Source: Blasia pusilla | Taxonomy: Eukaryota | Assembly (NCBI GenBank): GCA_050084515.1 | Contig: CM114271.1 | Coordinates: 35,340,001 to 35,404,000, forward strand | Direction: 5' to 3' | DNA: 64,000 bases | Shown: in pieces, positions 37,540 through 52,316 of the stretch | Numbering within the stretch: the first letter of the stretch is position 1 | Layout of the letters: every line of letters begins with the position of its first letter | Program-made: the position numbers and the translations under genes | The notes under the pieces: generated by a model | Seen by the model: the letters and a program-made list of their open reading frames with translations, nothing else | Told to the model about the DNA's origin: nothing | Databases searched by the model: none

Positions 37540-40500
37540 TCAATGAAGCTCCCCTACAGGAGCCTCGCTGAGCCACAAATAGTGAATAAAATCGTACAGC
37601 TTCCCGCTTACGCTAACCTGCACACCACCAACCAACAGGCCAGATCTTTTAGAACCATATTGACAGCTTAATCCAATCACCCAAGAAGAACATGCCGAAG
37701 ACACCTAAACTGGATGATTAAACCAAATTCAAAGAATGACCTGGTACCTTGTATGGAGTAGGATTCAATGAGCGCATGTGATCAGAACGCTGAGCAGCCA
37801 ATTCTACCTGGCAGTGCTCCCTTAGTGTCTCTAGGGCTGGCAGAGGCTCTCTTGGAATCCCTGCTTATACCAGCATGCAAGACACAGATGAAAAGCAATT
37901 AATACAGATCAATAAAGGTCCATTCAATGACGCTGCAGATGTCATTACCTGCACGATATACCTGATTCAATGATTGCTATTGCCTTGCACAATTCTTACC
38001 AGATGCTCCACTCCAATAGCACTTGTAAAGAGGTTCCACACGCTGAGGGATAACAAATGCTCTTTTATTTTCACCAAATGGATGTCGACAAAGTATACGT
38101 TCTCCAGCCTGCATGAGACTTCCATCAGTCATCAGGGTATAGCTGTTCATGAGATTCATAAGCAGATGGAATAAACTCAAGTGAAACTCCAGCTTCCAGT
38201 TTTGAAGATGCATGAAGCAGGTGTGGATTCACTTTGACTCTAAGAGCTCAAATATCTGCAGTGTGAGGTATGCTAGTAGCTTGAAAGCATCACTAAGGGT
38301 GCTCGCAAGGACACACTTGACAGGCAAAAAGAATTCTCATAATCAGTCGACCCAGAACTTCCAACACCAACCTTTGGCGGGGCCTCATCTTCTCCAATCA
38401 TCAAGTCCACCAATGCATATCCCTCCCTCCCATAAAGTCTATAGCACAGCTTCTTACACGGAATAGTAACCTGAAAGCACACAAACTTGGCACCTTCAGT
38501 AATGAACCACCAACACATCTCAAACTTCTTGCGTCTAGCAAACTAGATCTGAGAATTGAAAAAGATTTAAGTCATACTGATAGTACCACACAAACCTTTG
38601 AAACATCCTGAGAAAGCTTGATTCGTGGTTGACCATTTATTTCCACTAGTTTGTAGACGCAACCCAATGCGGGCTGTTGGTAGCAGGTAATTAAATGTGT
38701 TCCTATTCCAAAAGCATCAATCTCATGACCCTGCAAATACAATACATTACTTAGTCTACACATGAATAGCACTCAGACAACACTCCAAGGGAGCTCGGAA
38801 TCACATAGTACAAACAAACCCGTACACTGGAATTTGTGTATTGTGGATCCAAGGAAAAGTCGAATCCAAAATCGGCAAGTACAGCCCTAGGACCTACTCG
38901 CAAATAGCGTACACGACATAGAAGATAGCATACCTGTTTATTTAGAGCATCAAGGGTGTTCTCATTGATATCATTACTTGCAGTGATAACCAACTTCCCA
39001 AAACCTTCAACTCCAAACTCTTTTTCAATTGTCTTGAAAAACTTACGGGCTTCTATGGAGAAATAGGAAAGGTCACCAGAATCCAAGCGTATGCCAAGCG
39101 CTTTGTATCTGTACCCAATAACAGTTCACCAACCAGTCTTTGAATGGCGACAAAGTAGGATTCACAGAGAAGGCAATGACAAGGTACGATCTGAAAATCA
39201 TGACGAGGTATGAACTGAAAAGTATTCGGAATGACCATATCAACATTCATGAATCACACAGTTGCGACCTTGACATCCGCAGTCAATATGTACAGATCGC
39301 AAACCCATACCCCAGTTCATGAAGTGCAAGAGCAACGGCACAGAAGTTGGGTATTCCACTTTTTAGCACCTGCGACAGAAGCCAGGATACATACACAGTT
39401 ATTTCATTAGATTGACACATCACTGGTCAACTAAATTCCAAGTTCCTTGATGAGTCCAACTTTGGACAAGCTCAAATGCTAGTAGGATTTTCATAACCAT
39501 AAAATCAGCACATTTGATTGCATGCTCCTGAAAGAGTTGATTCAAGTTTTCTGATCTCTAGGCAGACACTGAGTCAAGTGTGTACATCATAAGTATCGAC
39601 GAGGGCTTGAAATGCTGTTGGGAAGGCCAACGCATAGGACGTAAAAGCTGCTAACTCACTGTGATTGGTTTCCCCAAACCAGCATTGCAGAGATTGCACT
39701 TTCTGAGCATAAGCCACCACTTCGTGTCAAAGTAAGGTCAAAGAAGTCAATCCTTCAGCAGCATTTCAAAACAAGGACTTAACTACTTCGTGCATGGACA
39801 TAGCAGTAAATGTCTTATTACCTGCATGCGACTCAGATAATTCATTGTGAAATGTGTAAAATCCTCACATCTGCTAGAGCCATCGGCATGCTGAAGAGAC
39901 CTCTCCTTTATCTCATCAAAACTCTGCGGGAATCCACAAAGAAATCTTTGCACTTTTCATTACAAAGTCCATCACCGAAATTTTCTTATATCATTAGAAA
40001 TACCTTCCTGTACCACTTGCAATCCCATCTTAGACTCATCCATCTCTTTTGATGAAATGGGTAGAGCAAGATGAGTAAGTGACCTTTCTACCTACATGCT
40101 CCCTTTCTTGTCGCAGCATTTTAGAGGGTAGGTCCTGCAGGTACTACAGTAGGATAAAGACAGGTTTAACTACCAAGTTGATTCAATGGGCGAAAGCCAC
40201 ACAGAGAAATAAAAACAAAAACAGGAAGAAAAAATTTTAAAGAATTACTAACCATAAATGAACTCACAAAGGCATGTGAATGCGTCCCTTTAACTGGTAT
40301 TCCAAACCTTCGTCCTGCATCAATATTGCTGTAGGCAATTCACAATAAGTACGGAATTGAAATCACCCCCACAGAAACAGCTCTTTTCAGAGTCTATAAA
40401 CTCAGATTCTTTCTTTATCAAAGATAACTATTCCACAGAGAGTCGATGCCTGAAGACCAAAATCTCGTATTGAAGGACAATGCCAAGGGACATACAAGGA

Positions 40501-43500
40501 ATGAATCTTCTAAAATCCCTTCTCACTTTCTGTAGATTAGAAACTAGTTCATTCATTCACTTTCCCCATTCCCTACTTTGTTAAGATTCGGAAACACCTA
40601 ATTGAAGCCTCTCTATGTCCACTCATATTGGGCACATGGTGGCACCTTCATTGACCTAGCAATGAAGCAGCCAGTTGCTTGAAGGCTTGAACTTCACTGA
40701 CACTTCCCGCTTCGACCTTTTGGCTCTAGTAGGGCATCAACCCTAAACCCAGCAACCTCCTCAGCACAAAGAGCAGTATGTCACCAGCCCATGCATGTGT
40801 TCACATAAACTCAAGTTCAATGGGGAGAGACAAAAAAAGTCAAGTTTTCAAAAGTGATTGGAAACCATGAAGTTTCGCCTTTCTTCTTGATCATTCATAC
40901 TTTGATTATTGCTTATTTGATTTGCTTTTCATTATAACAAATTTCTTAGACGAGAAGGCCCCCCTGGTCTTGTCTGGTCTGGCCTGGCGTCTGAGACTAG
41001 CCAACATGATTCAACATCTCTACCTGGTGGCATTGAAACCTCCTAGGTAGCAGTACTTGGAGCCACTTATTCCACCATCAGGACCCTGCAGACAAGGGAC
41101 AAGACCAGACAAACCAACATTCCTTAGAATCAACTCTGGCAACAAGAAGACAGCAAAATATAAGGGATGCTAGAGAGTACAGAATCCATGCCTGCGCCCG
41201 CCGCAGACCAAATTCGAGTAAGATCTTTTCTTTGCCAGCAACTCGTCTGTGTCTAGCAGCATTTGTAGCCACCAATGAAGCATAATTCACCAACGTCAGA
41301 AATGTCGTCTCCAAGAGCTGAACCATCTGCTTCCAATGACATGCGGAGCTTCCAATTGAGGTCATTTTGACTGGCAATGGTTGAACCACAGGAGATCACA
41401 AACGCAATCATGGCAGGTAAACAACCTCCAGCACCTATGTAACACAACTATGTTTTAGCAACAAGTCAACAGAACAGAAACCAGCACAGAGAAATCAAGT
41501 TCCTCGCCCAGATTGTAAAGCATTTGAGCTGTAATTACCAGCAAAGGCCCCTCCACTCTAATGAGTGGTACTCGGGGGAAACAAACCGAGCCTTCAGAAA
41601 TCGCATGGATATGCACCTCAGAGCAGTCCACTCCTTTCAGATAGACAAAGAACGCATCCTACCCACACAGAAAAACTTTAGCTATCTCCAGTTTGGGGAG
41701 GGGAAGGGGGCAACTTCTTCTAGCTGGTTGAAAGAGGTGATGGTAACTAAGTACTTTCTCACATTACTACAAGCATCAAAGTAGAACTCCTGACCAACCA
41801 GGGCACAGGGTCTATGATCGCAAGGCTGCGATGGGCACTAATTAATGAGTACAGTCGCTCCCTCTCAACAAAGTCTATGGCCACAATGCTATGACAGGAA
41901 CTACTTAGTGAGTACAGCCTCTCAGCAGGCTTGCAGCAGTAGGAACTCCCAAGACACAGTGATTTGACGACCAACCTCACACCGGGACGGCAAAATGGTA
42001 CGAAGATAGTCTATTTCATCATCCTTAAAGGAAAAATTCGCAGCAAAGCGTATGCACTCTTCAAGACCGGCAAACACTGTGTACTCGCCCCCAAACGGAT
42101 TTTTCCGATGCAGCAGATCAAACCTGTGGTAGATTACACAGCCCTTCCACCAATTAGATTTGCCGTGTTTGGAGGTGTAAATTATATCTTGCATTCCAAA
42201 CTCCTACACTGAAGATTCTCTTGCCAGGAAAAGGCAAACATGGGGATGTTTGCGACCAAACAGTGGTCGCAGAGACAAAAACTTCCATTCATGCATCGAA
42301 ATCCAGAGGTCTGAACTCCAAAATGTAGAACAAGTTCACTACAAGCCCAAGGAGGCCATATCCAAAACATAAAGCACATGAGAGTCAGTCTTCTTGGGCT
42401 GAGTCTTCTTGGGACATGAGTGAATTCAGATAATCAACCCAACCAGGACAGGCGTAATGTGTAGCTGATCATTGATCAGACGTACTACACTTCCCAGGGA
42501 CTGCCACACTAGCGTGTACGGCTATGGCAGGCAAGCCAACATGACTAGCATTAAGAGCTAGAAAGAATGAATGGCTCGATTTTTTGTCCACAGGGACCTA
42601 AGAGCACCACCGGACTCTGATTTACAAAGTTTGCGGCCACAGACCATGCCACAAGTCAGATAAGTCCTACAAATTTGACGGTTTCAGGTGACCAGCCCCA
42701 ACAATCACACCCCGATGGAAGAATTCACCAATTTCTGGTATGAAACCGTGACAATTAGGGCAAGGCCCTGGAGGAGACAGCGGAAGACCTTTCTACAGAT
42801 TTCATGGGAGTTCCATGGAAAAGGGAATACTCTTCATTAGCTAGCATAACTGAACTGCAATTGTCACAATTTGTCCCCCTCTCCTTTGAGGGACAATTTT
42901 CTACTTTCTCGCTCTAAATCAGTTGAGCCACATCTAAGTCTCTCCATGGGGGGCGGAGCTATAAAAGAGTGAGAGAATGAATCACTGACTGAAGTGATCA
43001 TTTGTCCACGGGTACCCCGGAGAGAGAGACAATGGATGCATTGGTTTTCTCGTCCGCGGGCCCCGATAGGCCTATGGGATTTCGATCTACATAGTCTGCA
43101 ACAATGGATGAAGACAAATTACAACCAAGTAAGTCCTACGAATGCCTATGGATGGATAAAGAGAGTGAATAAGAGGTGAATGAAGGGCTTTATTGTCCAA
43201 GGAGACTCGGACTTTGAATTGCAAAGCGTGAGACACAATTAGTGAATGAATGGAATAATTTGTAGTCCACGGGAACCCACTAGCGCCATAGGCTTTTGAT
43301 TCGCAATGCGTGCAAGAGTTCTGACAAGACAGAGACTATCGAAGAGGTCCGACGAGGTCCTCTAATACAGGTGATCTTCTCTAGCTTTCACACAGACGAG
43401 TGAGAATTCAGCGATCTGAACCTGGTTCTTAACCATGAAATCAGCGGTCGTGAGGACAGGGTCTTGGAAGAGTTCAGGGAACTCTAGTCTGATGTTACAA

Positions 43501-43612
43501 TTGGAATGCTGTTGATCATCACGTATCCCTGAACTACAGGATCCACCCAACATGTTCTCCTTTTGTGTGAGAATTTTCCTTTCTGTGACTGTAAGTGTGC
43601 TGATCCACATCT

Positions 43613-43648
<36 letters not shown>

Positions 43649-43907
43649 CAGCCCGGTCGTTCTGCTTTCCAGCTTTCCAATAAGCGTAAGCCATGGTAAT
43701 TTGATACATGTCCGTCAAGAGGGCTGTCACCATGGGGTTGGTGGGAGGTGGAATTGGCGGCTCAGCTTCTCCCTCATCCCCTGCCCTGGCACTTTCTACA
43801 TTCGCAGAGGATCTCTGCTTCCCCTTCTCGATCATATCGCCTGTGATCGCCGCAGCCAAGCCCGGGCTGGGATTCACCAACGAATTCTCATCCAGAGAAC
43901 GCTCCAT
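37540..43907 (-). CDS. NAPRT: Nicotinate phosphoribosyltransferase (multi-exon, about 15 exons)
   Basis: Exons 43907-43648 ([15 protein letters not shown]), 42123-41976 ([12 protein letters not shown]), 41658-41539, 41326-41192 (EFGLRRAQ), 41085-41024, 40328-40253 (GTHSHAF). Later exons carry [29 protein letters not shown] and GCVYKLVE. Last exon ends [12 protein letters not shown], stop at 37542-37540. Confidence 0.95.
43615..43644. repeat. (GA)n microsatellite at the start of NAPRT intron 1
   Basis: Uninterrupted AG dinucleotide run directly after the exon 1 donor. Confidence 0.95.
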
Positions 43908-46499
43908 TTCCCCAATTCTCCACCCCCGATCGAATCACCTCGCCCTCCACTCCCCACAATCGAATCACCTCCGCCGTCGACTCCAATTCTCCCCAATCGA
44001 AACGCCACTCCCTTCCCTTCCTCCCTCCGCAGCACCGCTGCTCCACCGTCTCATTCCCCAATTCTCCTCCTCCTCCTCCTTTCAAATCTCCGCGGCGCTC
44101 GTCATCCCTCTCTCCCATCCCTCTCCCCTCCCCCACTGCTCCGATCTCTCTCCATCTCCACTCCCTTCCTTCATTCCTCCTCCCGATTCCCCTCACCTCC
44201 GCAGCCTCTCCTCTCGGATCCATCTCTTGCGCTCCGTCCCCTTGCCTCTCCCCGCTACCTCCTCTTCCCACAAGAACATGGACGTACGTACATACGTGAG
44301 TGAGTGAGTAAGTAAGTAGGGCAGGAAGGAAGGTCGGACGGAATAAATTAATGAAGGACGGACGGACGGACGGACCGACGGAGCGTGGCGACGTGGGGTT
44401 TTGGAAGTGAGCCTGAAGGGCGGGGGAGGAGTTGAACCGTTGAGGCTAGATGGCGTCCATCCTGTGGACCAGCGGTTGCGAGGGGGTCTGATGGCGTTCA
44501 GCGGCGCTGGTGGGTCCCGAGTCGTGCGTCAGACTGTCAGAGTATCGGAGAGCGCCCGCGGTCAAATGGACGGAGGAATCGACGCGTGATACGAGCGAGG
44601 GCTCGCTCTTATGTCGGGCGGGCTGTGCGCTAGGAGAACATCGGTATTTGAAAATGTGCGAGTTTAAGGGTGAGAAGAGAATGTCGACGTTATTTGACAC
44701 GATGATTGGACTGCTGCTTTTCAGGAGTAGCCCTTCGGAATTCTCCGGACACTTTGCATATAAGAAATCTATGCCCTTTTTATTATATATTTTTCCCGCT
44801 CTTTTCTTTGATCTTGCATGCGCACTTGAAGAGTGCATCACGTCATCTCTATTATAAAGACCATGATCTATATATCTTTTTCTTCAAATTATAAAGACCA
44901 TGAATCTTAATCTTTTTTTCAAATTATTGAAGGTGAATTTAATTTTATTATTTTATTGAAGGTCTTATTGATTACTTTTATCAAACATTTCTCTTGGGTC
45001 TTATTGACATGTGACTTTTTAGCCAATGAAATCTTTACAAGTGTCTTCTATTGGTGAAGGTTACGATGGGTAACTCAAATTACCCATCATAAGTCTTCGT
45101 GCATTGCACAAGTACCTACTAGTACTAGTGTAAAATAGTGTTCTTTTCCCTATACATCTTGTTGCAAATGAAAAATGTTTGTCACATGTTTTTAGGTGAC
45201 TTGATTTCAAATCGAATAATAGTTTTTTCAAAAGCATGTTAAATCGAAAGTTTGTTTCTTGCGTCTGAATTCGTTTATAGCATCCACATGCTGAATTTTC
45301 ATAGTGGCATAAATTTGTATTATATATATATACGCTCATAGAAGTTGGTATTAAGAATGATAATAGTTTTTGGAGATTAGAGTTGTTTGTATGTCTTCGC
45401 ACATAGATTGGATAAACATATTTAAGCCAATAGCCTGACATTATTGGTATTTTTTGTAAACATAAGTTGCTCAAATGAACAATCTTCGGGCAAGCATGTT
45501 ATGTTGGAAAGAGGGGCCATGCGACTATAGACAAAGTTAGGCTCTATTAGAGACTAATAGGTTTAAACAAACATGCAAGTTCCATTAGATCGGCATCAAA
45601 TACAAAGCAACGACAAACATTAAAAATTTAGAGGCTCTTGAGGAGAATTCTTGTTGTTATTGAAGGCTCTTGAGTGGGTGGAGAAGAAAATAGAAGATTA
45701 AAATATAGTTGAATAGGATTGTTGTGTTAGAGAATAGGTTAGTTACAAATGAAAGTGGTTAAAGAAGTGGATATAGTCTAGGTGGAAAGAGGAAGGGAGA
45801 ATATTAAAATATAATTGAATAGGATGGTTGTATTAGAAAATAAGTTAGTTTCAAATTAAAATGAATAAAGAAGATAGGATAGTTCAAAAAGGATCGGTAT
45901 TAGGAGAGGAAACTTAGATTTGCTAAATGGTGATTAGTGGAAATGGTTTAGGAATAGATACTAAGTGGGGGAAGACGAGGAAAAAGAATGAAGGATTCAT
46001 ACCATTCCTTTTATCCTCCCCTACATAAACTTAGCTCATTTTTTGTATACCCTCAGTAATCTCACACATTCCTTCATGTTTCCCTCTCTCTACTCTTTTG
46101 TGGAAGTTTTTTTCTCCATAGATAAGTGAGAATATATTTTACCACTAAATAACCCTTATAATTGAAGGTATCTTGGTTATCCAAGTTAGTATATTGATCT
46201 TGTTCATAGTGGGTATTCCAAGATTTTTATTGGAGCATTCACGCACAAAATTTGATATAATTTGCATATTTTTCAGCAGTCATTATACCCTATCATTGAC
46301 ATTTTAAAATTATTTCGAATTATCCAAATATTACTCTGGTGGGGTTAGTATATGTTCGTAGTCATTAGCAAAGCCAACTCCAACAAATCATGAAGTAACA
46401 TTGGGTAGAAGTATAGATAGAAGGTGGAATAAGCAAATGGCAATGTAAGTATTATTCATATTCATTGAAAACCTATCATAACACGCGTATGATGGAGCA

Positions 46500-47790
46500 T
46501 TTTACACGAGAGAGACAAAAGAAAAAGGATGGGAATTAATATACCTATCATGCGAGATTATGTGTGAAGGTCCCTCCTAATATGTAAGGGGATCTCCCAA
46601 ACAAGGTACTTGTGGAAAATGGACAAAGAAGGGAAGGAAGACCATGGAGTATAGTGGAGGGGATAGTGCCAATCCAAATGGGTTCGCAACAGACAAGAAA
46701 TAGTGTTTATGTTGTGTCCAATATTGATGGGGTTGTGGACATGATATCGAGTGATATTCTTGGTGGATGTAGAGAAGTAGTTGGGCCGATTCATGCGACA
46801 AGTAGCACCGAAAAGAAGCAAGCTCATATGAGGGATTCTTTCAACTTCCAAAGAATAGAAGTTGCAAATGATAAGTGAGCGTAATGTTTCTACAAAGGTG
46901 GAATACTATTCAATATAGTACGACAAAATTCTTTCAAGCAAGCAATGTTGGCAACAACAAAGGTGAAGGGTTACTCAGGTCCTACTTACAATTTGTTTTG
47001 CACCTTTCTACTTGAGAAATATATGGGGAAGGTGAAGGAAAAGGTGGATGACATCTTGGATAATTTGCGGTTGGGAGCCACGATCACAACAGATTCTTGG
47101 ACCAATGTGAGGAGTGAGTATTAGTGAACATCATGGTCTCATGTCCACAAGATGAGGTTATTATTGAATCGATAGAAACCAAGGGGAAATCCCAAATGGT
47201 TGAATGGTTTCTAGGTCACACAAAGAGGATTATCATGCACATAGGTCCAAAGAATATGTTACAACTTATGATAAACAAAGATAGTAATGAGCGAGCACCA
47301 AGGATACTTATTAAGGTAAGGTTTCTTCATATTCTTTGGGATGGATATGTATCACATTATCTTGATCTAATATACAAAGAATGAAATAAGTAGCCTTGGA
47401 TGGATAGAACTTTTGCACAAGCTCGTGAGATGGTAGTATTTGTGAAGACAAGAATTTTGGTGATGGCTAAATTCATGGAAACCAACCCAATGAAGAGACG
47501 ATTGATGTTTCCTACAAACATACGTTTTGCAACAAAATTTATAATATTAGGACATGTCTTAGAAATGAGGGAGGCATTCCATGCCATGGTTGCCTCAAGT
47601 CCTTTTAGAGAATATTTCAATGGGAGGGAGGTGACCCAAAGGGAGAAGGCACTAGAGATTGAGATTATTATGGCGAAACACGATTTTTTTATAGAAGGTG
47701 AAGAATTTTTTCTACGGCCTTGGCTATGGCTTTGCCAACTATTATTTTATTAAGAGAGTATGATGGTCATAAATCAATGACGGCGCGCAT
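46500..47790 (+). pseudogene. hAT-type (DUF659-like) transposase remnant
   Basis: FY..GI.FNIVR..F.QAM, ATITTDSWTNVRS, NIMVSCP, ILWDGYVSHYLDLIYKE and FPTNIRFATKF, interrupted by many stops. Confidence 0.7.
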
Positions 47791-47935
47791 TTCTCATCGT
47801 ACATTATCTCCCCTTACAATCTTCTTGATAATATTCAAGATGTCTCTTCAGATGTTGAGTGTATGAGGGATTTCAAATAATATCTGAAAGTCTACGCATA
47901 AGGGTGTATAACCTCAATATCATCGAGGCTAGTTC

Positions 47936-48780
47936 TTATGTAGGTACTTTTTTGCAAGAGTTTCCCTGCATCCTTGTTGTTGCGAACATTGCTTGCTTGA
48001 AAGCATCTTGCCGTACTATGTTGAATGATATTCCACATTCATAGAAACACTTTTCTTTCATATCATTTGAAATTTTTATTTCTTGGAGGTTGAAAGAATC
48101 CCTCAGATAAGCTTGCTTCTTTCCGGTACTACTAGTCGCACGACTCGGCTCAACTACCCCTTTACATCCATCAAGACTATCTCTCGATGTCATATCTACA
48201 ACCCCATCAACATTGAAGACCAAAAAAATAATATTTCCTCTCTCTTGCAAACCTAATTGGAATGGCGTTGTCTCCTCCACTTCACTTAAGGGTCTCCCTT
48301 CCCTTCTTTCTCTATTTTCCATGAGTACCCTATTTTGGAGATTCCGTTGCATATTAGGAGGGATCTTCACACATAATTTGGTGTGATGGGTATCTTGACT
48401 CCCATCCTTTGTTTTTCGACTTTCTCTTGTGAAATGCTCCACCATTCGCGTGCTATGATATGCTTTCATTGAATAAGAACAATACTTACATTGTCATTTG
48501 CTTAATGTTTCATCTTCCATATGTACTTCTTTCCAATCAAGCTTTCCAATGTTGATTCAAGATATGTTGGAGTTCTATGGCTTTGGTCATGACTATAAGT
48601 AGTTATTATCCCCACCCAAAAAATATTTGGGTAATTTGCAACAAGTTTATAGGCTCAATAATTATATATCTTGACTTATGAAATATGTGCAAATTACACC
48701 ACATATTGTCCATGAATGCTCCAATTCAATAAAAACCTTGGAACACTCACTATGAACAAGAAAAATCAATATACTAACCT
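47936..48780 (-). repeat. Inverted partial copy of the hAT remnant (~46190-46975)
   Basis: Minus ORF ...REGRPLSEVE..VFNVDGVVDM..KKQAYLRDSFN..FYECGISFNIVRQ matches plus ORF ...REGRPWSIVE..SNIDGVVDM..KKQAHMRDSFN. Confidence 0.85.
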
Positions 48781-49575
48781 AGATAAAAGTAAAATAGTAA
48801 ATGATAAATAAATCAAGCCCGTGGGACCCAAAGGGTCAAAAGGTTAAAAAATACATCATAAGTAATACACTGAAAGAGGAGAAGACCCTAGAGGCCTTAT
48901 CCTAGCTAATTCCTAGAGCACTTGAGCAATGAATAATGATATTGCTAATATAACAACTTAAATCATATTGCTTCTATCAATGTTGAGCCATCGCCTTTCA
49001 TCGATGCCTAGTATTTGAGACCCAATCCGATGCCGTACGATAATATGACGTAAGAAATTGGAAATCCCGGCGAGTAGATAGCTTTGTTCACAATATACAA
49101 GCATAGGATTAATACGAAGTTGATCAAACTCCATTTTTGTGCCCGGAATGCTCCAAAGAGTGTTGAGAAATCTCTTTTGTAGTTGCACGCGGAGTGCCAC
49201 TGGTTTCAAGTTCTAATCCCGTTCAGTGATATTCCATTTTTTGGACCAAATCACCACATATGTAATTCAACCAATGGAATGTGTGGCTCGTAAAGCTTGA
49301 TGGGGGAGGCGAGAAATATCAAGAGATATGACCCTTGCAATGTAAGTAATGGTCAAGTAGAGAGTTTCCGCCTCGAGTGGTAGACATCCTGTTTCTGCAA
49401 GAAGTATAGCATAAGGAGTTTGGTTTCTCACGCCCAATTCTTATTGTGAAAAGATCTTTTGCACCCTCTTCACACGCTCCCAACTTGCTTCTTACAAGTA
49501 GGGCACCAAACTTTGGGCCCATATAAACTTATGCCTTTCTTGATTTGAAAGGAAGAAATTTATTAGGATTATCGA

Positions 49576-49800
49576 ATGGCAAAAAATATTTTCACTTATC
49601 AATTGGATGGTCATTTGCGTGATGAACAACAAGCTTTTGTTGATTGGTTATTGGAAGTGGGAGAGGATCGTGTACCTTTACGCCCTCATTTGGAAGAAGA
49701 CTTTATACGATTACTATCTGAAATTGTAACTAATAGTAACAAGATATATGATCTTATTGATTTATTCACCTATCTATGGAGAAATAAAATTTGACAAAAG
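49576..49800 (+). pseudogene. Helitron PIF1-like helicase fragment
   Basis: EQQAFVDWLLEVGED..DFIRL..EI...DLID resembles the F..WLL.IG.G segment of PIF1/Helitron helicases. Confidence 0.55.
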
Positions 49801-52316
49801 AGTAGAGAGGGAGTCTTGGGGAGAGGAGTAATATTGTGAGAAAATACTAAAAATGAGCAAGTTTATAAAGAGGAGGATCGAAGGAAGGGAATCAACCTTT
49901 AATTCTTTTTTCTCATCTACCCCCACTTACTATTAATGCCTAAACAGAATCCACTAATAAGCATGTAGCAAATCTTATTTTATTCTCCTAATCCCAATCC
50001 TTTTCAATTATCTTAACTTCTTCAGCCATTTCATTTGCATCTAACCTATTCTCTAATACAACCATCCTATTCCCCTTTTCTCTCCACCTATGAATATGAG
50101 TCACGTGGCCTTCGGAACTAACCGTATCTTGACCATGCCCCTACCTATGTACGACCCCTCTTGCCCCTAGCTACATACGGTCCCTATATCCACTTCGCGT
50201 TTAAGCTTCCATAAGACCCGGGTGACTCGGGCAACTCGGGCACCAAAAAGACCCAGGCGGTGGCCTAGTTTGATATGTTTGTGGATATGGACGGACTTGT
50301 CTGTTTCCGTGCAACCTTGTAAAATATTAAATGTGAATTAAGGGACAAAATTGCAAGCTTGTTGCTATTTTATCTTGTTATCTCACTATTTTGTCTTATT
50401 GTATATATAGGGTCGCCAATTCTAATATAGATAGATAGATGTATCATACTTCGGAGGGCATTAGTTCATTTTGAGAACCAATGAATGAGTGACACTTGTC
50501 CATAAAGTAAGATGATGAAACCTTTTCTTAATTTCACCCTATACGCAATAATAAATAGATTGAGGGGAAGGTTTTAATAATTATATTATTTAATAATTAC
50601 AAAATTAGAAAAAAATCTCCCAAACTTCCAAAGGTTTCTCTCACGTTGCTTATTTTTTCCTATTTGAATTTTTTTAAAGATTCATGCTAAAAAATTTGTT
50701 ACAAAAAATTATTTTCAAGTTCAATTTGGAGAAATATATAATTCATATTTTTGGAAAAAATTAGACAAAGATAAAAAATAGTGTTCGAATAAGAATTGCG
50801 AGTGAGCGTGCCCACACTTGCACACGAAATGATTTTATTTAAGTAATTACAAAATAACTCCATCCTCCCTAAAAGTTTAAATAACACCTTACTCCTTCTC
50901 CGCCATTCCTCTAGTGAAAATAACATCCACTTATTAAATCATTATTTAATTTTAATTAGATCAATTATCTCTTCCTTTCAAATATATTTTTCATATCAAA
51001 TGTGAATTAAGGGACAAAATTATGCGCATGTTACTATTTTGCCTTATTGTGCATACATGGTTGTCAATAATAATAATACAGTTCTTCAAAAGAAAGATTT
51101 TTTTCCATATAATTTCTGATTCCAAGTTTGATCGGGAGAAAATTTGATCAAATGGGTGTTTTTTTTTATTAATTGAAAGATAGGAATTGGAAAAGGAATA
51201 ACTTCTTTATTCCCAAATTAAGAAGAAAAAATAAAATATTGGAAAACCAAGTTAGGTGCATTATTAAGGAAATTTCTCATAATCATTTTTTTCATCTTTC
51301 TGAATGTTAAACTCTAGAAATTCAACGATAATAATTTTACATTATCATCTATATTATCAAAAGAGGGCAGGGTTTGAGAACCCCGTCCTCCCGTAACGAC
51401 ACGTAGGCATCTTGAAGGCTTCCCCTTACGACACGTGTCTAAGTGGCAATAGCACAGGGGAGGGGATACGAGGACGACTAAAAGGACGGGTTTTCAAGTT
51501 AGAGGTTTTAGGGGCACGGGAGGGTGGGGAGGGGGCATTCAAATAATAATAATCACATTTTGGAATTTTACTGAATCACATTATATGGGTAGAAATAGTC
51601 CAAGTAGAAAAAACCCGTAAGGATTTAAATGAAATAGAAAAATATTTGATTAAGTAGTTAATCTTTTATTTAATATTATAATGGGTGATTCTAAATACTA
51701 AAAAATAGAATAATTCTGATAAAAAAGGTGTCTTTATTCACATGTGATGGAAAGGGAAAATAAAATTTAATGGAGAAGGAGTATATCAAATTTTATGGAA
51801 GGTTAAAATTATTTAGGGGATTGGGATGTCATTTAAATTTGAATGGGGTACTGTAATTACTGAAAAGAGATAAATTTTATTACTCTTCTAAGATTTTAGA
51901 AAAAAATAATTATATTTAAAATCAAGAATTAATTATTTGATTATTTTTAAAATTAATCCTATTAATTTACATGTGATATTTTAGGAAAGGAAAATAAATT
52001 TGAATGGAAAAGGAAAATAATTTCATTCATAAAAATTAATTAAGAATTTTTTTAATGAATGTGATTTTGGTGGGAAGAATGGAAGGGGAAGAATAATTTA
52101 TGTTGGAACTTTTAGGGAGGAATGTAATTATTTAGAGGAGATGGATATTCTCTAAAGGTGATTTTCTTACTCTTTTGAGATTTATAAGAGTGGAAAGTAT
52201 ACCTAAATTTTGAAATTAAATGTATTTTAAGTATAAATTTTAAATATATCATCGATACCTTTTTTTAAGCCATTCTATTGAGGAAACTGTGTTAGGTGTG
52301 CATGGTACGGGCAACA

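Noticed and set aside
43563-44307. Long plus-strand ORFs (246 and 199 aa)
   Set aside because: They are antisense to NAPRT exon 1 and its purine-rich 5' region, and are low-complexity Pro/Ser/Leu translations.
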